Assembly: GCA_963716255.1 (NCBI GenBank)
Contig: OY970303.1
Coordinates: forward strand, 1,824,001-1,888,000
Length of the DNA stretch: 64,000 nucleotides
Source: an uncultured Gemmatimonadales bacterium
Lineage (GTDB): Bacteria; Gemmatimonadota; Gemmatimonadetes; Longimicrobiales; Longimicrobiaceae
Direction: 5' to 3'
Within the stretch, counting starts at the first letter, position 1; every line of letters begins with the position of its first letter. This document shows, piece after piece, positions 57,929 to 64,000 of this stretch. The notes under the pieces were generated by a model. It was given only the letters and a program-made list of their open reading frames with translations, had not been told where the DNA came from and searched no databases. The position numbers were made by a program, and so were the translations under genes.

Positions 57929-58049
57929 CGGAGGGAGACAGCCGGGTAGTTTCGGCTGGCTCACTCCGGCGCAGGGAGACCCGGAGGCAGTTTTCCGGGG
58001 CTCCCGCAGCCCGCGGAGGAGACCGGCGGGTCAGTTTCCGCCGGTCTCC
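57929..58049 (+). repeat. Array of three hairpins sharing the element-A P4 loop (GKYAGTTT)
   Basis: gaga-cagccg-GGTAGTTT-cggctg-gctc; gggaga-cccgga-GGCAGTTT-tccggg-gctccc; ggaga-ccggcgg-GTCAGTTT-ccgccgg-tctcc. Confidence 0.75.
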
Positions 58050-58087
58050 GGAGCGGCCCCCAGCTCCGGATCACCCCCCTGCCCCGC

Positions 58088-58810
58088 CTAGACGCTCAGC
58101 CTGCGGTTGGCGGCCGCCAGCTGCTCCGGGCGCCCGATGTCCAGCCACAGGGCGTCGTCCACGCGGAACGGCAGGATCCGCTCACCCTCGCCCGCCAGGC
58201 GCAGGTAGGGGTCCAGGATGGAAAAGACGCCGCGCTCCGTGATGCGGGAAAGGATTTCCGGGGTGAGGACGTGCACCCCCGCGAAGGCGAGGGCGCGCAC
58301 CTCGCCCTCCGCGGGCCGGGCGCGCAGCTCCAGGCCCCTGCGCTCGTCGGTGCGGCCCAGCAGGCCGCGGTCGTCGAAGAGGAGCTTGCGGGTGGTGGGG
58401 CGGTCCATCACCGCCAGTACGGCGAGCGCGCCGCTCGTCCGCTGCGCGGCGTACACGTCGCCCAGCGGCAGGTCGGTGACGATGTCGGCGTTGTGGGCGA
58501 AGAAGGGCGCGTCGCGGCGCAGGTGGGACGCGGCGTGCAGAAGCCCGCCGCCGGTCTCCAGCGGCTCGCCCTCCTCGCGGGAGACCACCACCTCCACGCC
58601 CCAGCCGCCGCGCTCGGCCACGAAGCGCTCCACCTGCCCGGCGTGGTGATGGACGTTGACCACCAGGCGGTCCGCCCCCGCGGCGATCAGCCGCAGCGCG
58701 ACCCGCTCCAGCATGGGCACGCCGCCCACCTCCACCAGCGCCTTGGGGATGCGGTCGGTCAGGGGACGCAGGCGCGTCCCCAGCCCCGCCGCGAAAAGCA
58801 TGGCGTCCAC
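58088..58810 (-). CDS. Nucleotidyltransferase, MurU-like
   Basis: AMLFAAGLGTRLRPLT..PKALV, LETGGG, WLDIG. Confidence 0.88.
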   Translation of the reverse strand: MDAMLFAAGLGTRLRPLTDRIPKALVEVGGVPMLERVALRLIAAGADRLVVNVHHHAGQVERFVAERGGWGVEVVVSREEGEPLETGGGLLHAASHLRRDAPFFAHNADIVTDLPLGDVYAAQRTSGALAVLAVMDRPTTRKLLFDDRGLLGRTDERRGLELRARPAEGEVRALAFAGVHVLTPEILSRITERGVFSILDPYLRLAGEGERILPFRVDDALWLDIGRPEQLAAANRRLSV

Positions 58811-58811
58811 G

Positions 58812-60305
58812 TCAGCCCGCCGCCCCCGTCTGCACCCCTTCCCCGGCCGGCGCAGCCGCTTCGGCGCGGGCCGGCCAGCGCGCCTCTTCCCGGTGCGCCA
58901 GGGTCACGTTGGCCTGCGGGAACTTGCGCCCCAGGTGCTTCGCGAGCCGCTCGGCGAAGTACACCGAGCGGTGCTGCCCCCCCGTGCACCCGAAGTGCAC
59001 GCTGAGCGAGGTGAAGCCGCGCGTCAGGTAGGTGTCCACCTGGCCGTCGACGATGGCGCGCACGTGCTTCCAGAACTCCTCCACCTCCGGCACCTCCTCC
59101 AGGAACTTCGCCACCGGCTCGTCGCACCCGCACAGGCCGGCGTACTCGGCGTAGCGCCCCGGATTGTGCAGGGCGCGGCAGTCGAAGACGAACCCGCCTC
59201 CGTGGCCGCCGCCGTCCTCGGGATAGCCGTTCTTGTAGCTGAAGCTCCCCACCTGCACGGTGAGCCCCGGCGGCACCTGCACGGGCGTCTTCCGCAGCGT
59301 GCGCGAGGCGCAGATGTACTCGAACACGCCCCGCAGCTCGGGGAGGTCGATGGGGAGGAACCCCGTCTCCAGGAGCCGCTCCAGGTTGCGGACGGCCTGG
59401 GGAACGCTGGCCAGGAAGCGCGGCTTGCGCTCGAAGAAGCCGCGGTACCCGTACGCCCCCATGGCCTGCATGATCCGCACGAACACGTAGCCGCGGAAGT
59501 GCTGGCGGAACTGCTCCCGGTTCACGGGAAGGTACTTTTCCAGCGCGTCCAGGTAATGCTCCAGCAGGCGCTCGCGGAGCGCCTCGGGGATCGCCGCCTT
59601 GGGGTCGAAGAGCAGCGAGGCCACGTCGTACTGCAGCGCGCCGCGCCGGCCGCCCTGGTAGTCGATGAACCACGGCTCCCCCTCGCGCAGCATCACGTTG
59701 CGCGACTGGAAGTCGCGGTACATGAAGTGGCGCGTGTCCGCCCCCAGCAGGAAGGTGGTCAGCCGCTTGAAGTCCTTTTCCAGGCGCGACTCGTTGAAGG
59801 GGACGTGCGCCAGCTTGAGGAAGTGGTACTTGAAGTAGTTCAGGTCCCACAGGATGGACTGTCGGTCGAAGGCCGCCCGGGGGTACGCCGCCGAGTAGTC
59901 CACCACCTTCCCCCCTTCCACCTGGAAGCGCGGAAGCACCTCCAGCACGCGCTCGTACACCGGCACCATATCGGCCGGGAAGTCGCTCCCGTCCGTCTGC
60001 CGCGCCAGCGACAGGGCGTCGAAGAGGGTGCTGTCACCCAGGTCCTCCTCAAGGTACACGCCGGCCTCCTCGTCGAAGGCGTACACCTGCGGCACCGGGA
60101 GGCCCACGGAGCGGAAGTCGCGCGAGTACGAGACGAAGGCGCGGTTCTCCTCGCGGTCGGGCCCCACCACGCCGATGGCCGTCTCGTACGAGTCGCCGAC
60201 CAGGCGGTACATGGAACGGCTCGACCCGTCCCCCTCCAGCGGGAGGATGGACGCCGGCACCTTGCCGAAATGCTGCTTGAACAGGCGACGTAGGATCTGC
60301 TGCAC
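58812..60305 (-). CDS. APH/AmgK-like phosphotransferase fused to a RapZ C-terminal domain
   Basis: GTG 60305; GDGSSRSMYR, EDLG, YRDFQSRN, IDYQ; then SFSYK, FVFDCR, GCTGGQHRSV. Confidence 0.85.
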   Translation of the reverse strand: MQQILRRLFKQHFGKVPASILPLEGDGSSRSMYRLVGDSYETAIGVVGPDREENRAFVSYSRDFRSVGLPVPQVYAFDEEAGVYLEEDLGDSTLFDALSLARQTDGSDFPADMVPVYERVLEVLPRFQVEGGKVVDYSAAYPRAAFDRQSILWDLNYFKYHFLKLAHVPFNESRLEKDFKRLTTFLLGADTRHFMYRDFQSRNVMLREGEPWFIDYQGGRRGALQYDVASLLFDPKAAIPEALRERLLEHYLDALEKYLPVNREQFRQHFRGYVFVRIMQAMGAYGYRGFFERKPRFLASVPQAVRNLERLLETGFLPIDLPELRGVFEYICASRTLRKTPVQVPPGLTVQVGSFSYKNGYPEDGGGHGGGFVFDCRALHNPGRYAEYAGLCGCDEPVAKFLEEVPEVEEFWKHVRAIVDGQVDTYLTRGFTSLSVHFGCTGGQHRSVYFAERLAKHLGRKFPQANVTLAHREEARWPARAEAAAPAGEGVQTGAAG

Positions 60306-60459
60306 GGCACGCTCGCGTAACGGTGTGTTCCTCAACGGGTAACCAGGGAAGATAACGCAGCAACACGGATGCCGGGAGGGAACAGTTGACGGTGCGCCCT
60401 CCCGGTACGCACCTTGCCGCTCCCGGGGCGTCCACCCGCCCACCCGGGAGCGCCGCCCC

Positions 60460-62526
60460 ATGCCGAACCGACTCGCGCAGGAGACCAGCCCCTACCTCCT
60501 CCAGCACCGGGACAACCCCGTGGACTGGTACCCTTGGGGCCCCGAGGCGCTGGAGCGCGCGCGCGCCGAGGACCGTCCCATCCTGCTGTCGGTGGGGTAC
60601 TCGGCCTGCCACTGGTGCCACGTGATGGAGCACGAGTCGTTCGAGGACGCGGCCACCGCCGCCGTGATGAACGAGCGGTTCGTCAGCGTCAAGGTGGACC
60701 GCGAGGAGCGGCCGGACATCGACTCCATCTACATGACGGCGGTGCAGCAGATGACGGGGCACGGCGGGTGGCCCATGACCGTCTTCCTCACCCCGGAGGG
60801 CGTCCCCTTCTACGGCGGCACCTACTTTCCGCCCGAGCCGCGCCACGGGATGCCCTCCTTCCGCCAGGTGCTCCTCGCGGTGGACGAGGCATACCGGGAG
60901 CGCCGCGCCGACGTGGACCGCAGCGCCGCCGAGCTGCACGCGCTGCTCCGCGAGGGGATGGCGGCGCGGGCGCCGGCGGGAGCGGCCGACGCGTCGGTTC
61001 TCGACCGCGCCTTCGGCCAGCTCGCCGCCCGCTTCGACGCGGGGCTCGGCGGCTTCGGGGGCGCGCCCAAGTTCCCGCAGCCCATGATTCTGGAGTTCGT
61101 GCTGCGGCACTGGAAGCGCACGGGGAGCCCCGATGCGCTCCAAATGGCCGCGCACACGCTGCGGCGCATGGCCGCGGGCGGGATGTACGACCAGGCGGGC
61201 GGCGGCTTCCACCGGTACAGCGTGGACGCGCGCTGGCTGGTCCCCCACTTCGAGAAGATGCTGTACGACAACGCCCTGCTGGCCCGCGTCTACCTGCAGG
61301 CGTGGCAGGCCACCGGCGACGCGGACTTCCGGCGTGTGGCGGAGGAGGTGCTGCGCTACGTGCGGCGGGAGATGCGCTCGCCGGAGGGCGGCTTCTACTC
61401 CGCGCAGGACGCCGACAGCGAGGGCGAGGAGGGCCGGTTCTACGTGTGGACGCCGGAGGAGGTGGATGCGCTCCTGGGCGCGGAGGACGGACCGCTGTTC
61501 CGCGCCTACTACGACGTGACGGCGGACGGGAACTTTGAAGGGAAGAACATCCTCCACGTGGACCGGAGCGTGGAGGAGGTCGCCGCGGAAGCCGGCGTTC
61601 CCGCGCAGCGGCTGGAGCAGGCGCTCGCCCGGGGGCGCGAGACCCTGTACGCCGCGCGGGCCGGGCGCGTGTGGCCCGGGCTGGACGACAAGGTGCTCAC
61701 CGCCTGGAACGCCATGATGCTGCGCACCTTCGCCGAGGCCGCGCGGGTCCTGGGCAGCGGCGAGTACCTGGAGGTGGCCAACGCCAGCGCCGATTTCCTC
61801 CTCCGCGAGCTGCGCCCCGGGGGCCGGCTCCTGCGCACCTGGAAGGACGGCCGGGCAAAGATCGACGCCTTCCTGGAGGACCACGCCCTGCTCGCCGACG
61901 CCCTGGTCTCGCTGTACGAGGCGACCGGGAACGTGGAGCGCGTCACGACGGCGCGCACCCTCGCCGACGCCATGCTGGAGCGCTTCTGGGACGAGGACGA
62001 GGGGGTCTTCTATGACACGGCGACCGACGCCGAGGCGCTGGTGGTGCGCCCGCGGGACACCTTCGACAACGCCACTCCCTCCGGCAGCTCGGCCGCGGTG
62101 ACGGCGCTCCTCCGCCTGGCCGTCCTCACCGGGGAGCCGCGCTACGGCCGCGTCGCCGCGCGCGTGCTGGAGGGGATGGGCGAGATCATGGCGCGCGTGC
62201 CGCAGGGCTTCGGCAACCTGCTTTCCGCCGCGGACTTCCACCTGGCCACACCGCAGGAGGTGGTGGTGGTGGGGCGGGCGGGCGAGCCGGGCACGGAGGC
62301 GCTGCTGGACGTGCTCCGCAGCCGCTACCTCCCCAACACCGTGCTGGCCCCCGCGGACCCGGACGTTGCGGCCGGAGCGGGGGAGCAGCTCCCGCTGCTG
62401 CGGGGGCGGACGCTGGTCGACGGCCGCGCCGCCGCCTACGTGTGCGAGCGGTACGCCTGCCGCCGCCCCGTGACCGAAGCCGCCGAGCTGGCGGCCATGC
62501 TGGACGGGAGCGCCGAGCCGCCGTGA
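60460..62526 (+). CDS. yyaL: YyaL/SPATA20-like thioredoxin-domain (DUF255) protein
   Basis: [39 protein letters not shown]. Confidence 0.93.
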   Translation: MPNRLAQETSPYLLQHRDNPVDWYPWGPEALERARAEDRPILLSVGYSACHWCHVMEHESFEDAATAAVMNERFVSVKVDREERPDIDSIYMTAVQQMTGHGGWPMTVFLTPEGVPFYGGTYFPPEPRHGMPSFRQVLLAVDEAYRERRADVDRSAAELHALLREGMAARAPAGAADASVLDRAFGQLAARFDAGLGGFGGAPKFPQPMILEFVLRHWKRTGSPDALQMAAHTLRRMAAGGMYDQAGGGFHRYSVDARWLVPHFEKMLYDNALLARVYLQAWQATGDADFRRVAEEVLRYVRREMRSPEGGFYSAQDADSEGEEGRFYVWTPEEVDALLGAEDGPLFRAYYDVTADGNFEGKNILHVDRSVEEVAAEAGVPAQRLEQALARGRETLYAARAGRVWPGLDDKVLTAWNAMMLRTFAEAARVLGSGEYLEVANASADFLLRELRPGGRLLRTWKDGRAKIDAFLEDHALLADALVSLYEATGNVERVTTARTLADAMLERFWDEDEGVFYDTATDAEALVVRPRDTFDNATPSGSSAAVTALLRLAVLTGEPRYGRVAARVLEGMGEIMARVPQGFGNLLSAADFHLATPQEVVVVGRAGEPGTEALLDVLRSRYLPNTVLAPADPDVAAGAGEQLPLLRGRTLVDGRAAAYVCERYACRRPVTEAAELAAMLDGSAEPP

Positions 62527-62726
62527 GCCCGTCCGTGCATGGCGGCGCGCCGCACCGCGCACTTGCCCCGCGCCCGCGCGGGCACGAAACTGTACGCCGC
62601 CCGACACCGCGACGCGACCCGCCCCGGCTCCCACCTCCCCGTGACCACCGCCCTCCGGAGCGCAGGCAGCATCCGTCAGCCGTGCAGCTGCAGGCTGTTC
62701 CCGGTTCCCTTTCCCCTGTTCCCTTG

Positions 62727-63530
62727 ATGTTCGACTACTTCGGCGGCATCGACTTCTCCGGGGCCAAGGAGCCCCTTTCCAACCTGTGGAGCGCCGTCGG
62801 GCGCGAGCACGACGGCAAGCTCCACGTCGTGGCGCTCTGCCCCCACGCCTTCCGCCAGGACCTGGCCCACTACGTCGCCGGTGGATGGCGCCGGCTGGTC
62901 GGCGCGACCGGGGAGGCACCCATCCTGTGGGGCGCCGACTTCCCCTTCGGCCTCCCCGCCGCGGCGACCCGGACGATGGGCGAGACCGGCGCGGGGTGGG
63001 CGCAGCTGGTCGCCTGGGTGGCCGACCGCCCCGCCGACGAGGTCCGCGACGCCTTCCCGGAGCACCACAGGGCGCCGCGGCGGACGGACACCGGCGGGGC
63101 CATGGCGCCGCTGGACCTGCGCCTCTACAAGCAGACCACCGAGGGGCTTCGCTGGCTCCACGAGCTGCGGGAGACGGGGAACGTTTCCATCGTGCCCCAG
63201 GCGCCGAGCCCCGGCGCCCCCACGACGCTGGTGGAGGTGTACCCCTCCGGCACCGTAACCGACCTGGGCCTCCGCTGCCGCCGCACGCCCTCCCGTCCGG
63301 GGGAGGTGCGCGCACGCCCCGCCGCGCTCCGCCCGTACCTGACCTTCGCCGACCCCTGCACCGAAGCGATCGCCGTGACCCTGGAGGACGCCTGGGACGC
63401 GGTGATCGCCTGCCTCACCGCCTACCTGGCGCGCCACGACCTGGAGCAGCCGTTCCGCCTGCACCCCGGCGAGCGAGAGACGCTCGAGCGCGAGGGGTGG
63501 ATCTACCGTGCCCCGGACGCGCTCGGCTGA
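62727..63530 (+). CDS. DUF429-like predicted nuclease (RNase H fold)
   Basis: GIDFSGA, DFPFG, EVYP, DAWDA, EGWI. Confidence 0.7.
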   Translation: MFDYFGGIDFSGAKEPLSNLWSAVGREHDGKLHVVALCPHAFRQDLAHYVAGGWRRLVGATGEAPILWGADFPFGLPAAATRTMGETGAGWAQLVAWVADRPADEVRDAFPEHHRAPRRTDTGGAMAPLDLRLYKQTTEGLRWLHELRETGNVSIVPQAPSPGAPTTLVEVYPSGTVTDLGLRCRRTPSRPGEVRARPAALRPYLTFADPCTEAIAVTLEDAWDAVIACLTAYLARHDLEQPFRLHPGERETLEREGWIYRAPDALG

Positions 63531-63568
63531 TCCGGGACTTGGTTGAAACGGCTTTGAACTGCGGGGTT

Positions 63569-63698
63569 GGGCGTGCCCCCGGCTGGCGCCGGGGTCGGGC
63601 TTCGGCTCCGTAGAGCAGCAAACAACGCTGCTCAACGGAGTCGAGCCCGCGCAAACAGCCGCGCGGTCTCGCCCCTTCGGGCCGAAATCCCTCACGCG
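63569..63698 (-). repeat. Element A, complete copy, followed by a partial module B (to about 63780)
   Basis: P4 as at 21249, P5 as at 46288. Confidence 0.9.
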
Positions 63699-63871
63699 GG
63701 GTGGGCACTGGCGTCCGCGCGGGTGGTCCCCCTCACCCCCCGGCCCCCTCTCCCCCGCAAGCGGGGGAAAGGGGGAGAACCGCACGGCGTCTTTGCCTTC
63801 AGCCCCTGGCTGACGCCCCGAAGAGCCTGATCTACACGGACTCCGCGTGAGACGCTCCGGACCCGGAAGCC

Positions 63872-63910
63872 AAAGAGGGCACCCCGCCGCGGCGGGTGCC
63901 CTCTGTTTTT
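63872..63910 (+). terminator. Terminator-like hairpin
   Basis: agagggcaccc...gggtgccctct followed by gttttt. Confidence 0.5.
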
Positions 63911-63921
63911 ACGCCGGCCCT

Positions 63922-64000
63922 CGCGTGAGGGATTACGGCCCGAAGGGGCGAGACCCGGCGGCTGTTTGCCGGGGCTCGACTCCGTTAGCCCGCGTTGTTT
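63922..64000 (+). repeat. Element A, copy truncated by the window end
   Basis: cgcgtgagggattacggcccgaagggg...cccggc-ggctgttt-gccggg...agcccgc-gttgttt. Confidence 0.85.

Noticed and set aside
10597..64000. Element A as a CRISPR array, tRNA or IS element
   Set aside because: Copies are dispersed with no repeat-spacer period and no cas genes; there is no T-loop/anticodon/CCA pattern, transposase or clear target duplication.

Overview
Very GC-rich bacterial chromosomal window; gene content suggests Gemmatimonadota/Longimicrobium-like DNA (inference). It has about 45 plausible genes: a periplasmic adaptor and a MacB/LolD-type ATPase followed by six tandem ADOP-like duplicated permeases, several cell-envelope genes (YkuD-type L,D-peptidase, two M23 peptidases, two tandem class A PBPs, an AmgK-like kinase/RapZ-C fusion with a MurU-like nucleotidyltransferase), two tandem M12-type lipoprotein metalloproteases, a caa3-type cytochrome c oxidase operon, a Gly-tailed cold-shock protein, a PAS-GntR regulator and a c-di-GMP-I riboswitch. 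The strongest unexplained signal is non-coding. A ~135-bp intergenic element occurs 13 times (10 complete, 1 cut by the window edge, 2 partial). Its stems covary between copies while its two loops (GGCWGTTT and GTTGTTT) stay nearly fixed. One arm also occurs alone as a three-hairpin array at 57929-58049. The element combines with other palindromic modules and lies 33-62 nt upstream of six same-strand start codons, including 5 of the 6 permeases. No transposase, integrase, CRISPR array, tRNA or rRNA was seen.
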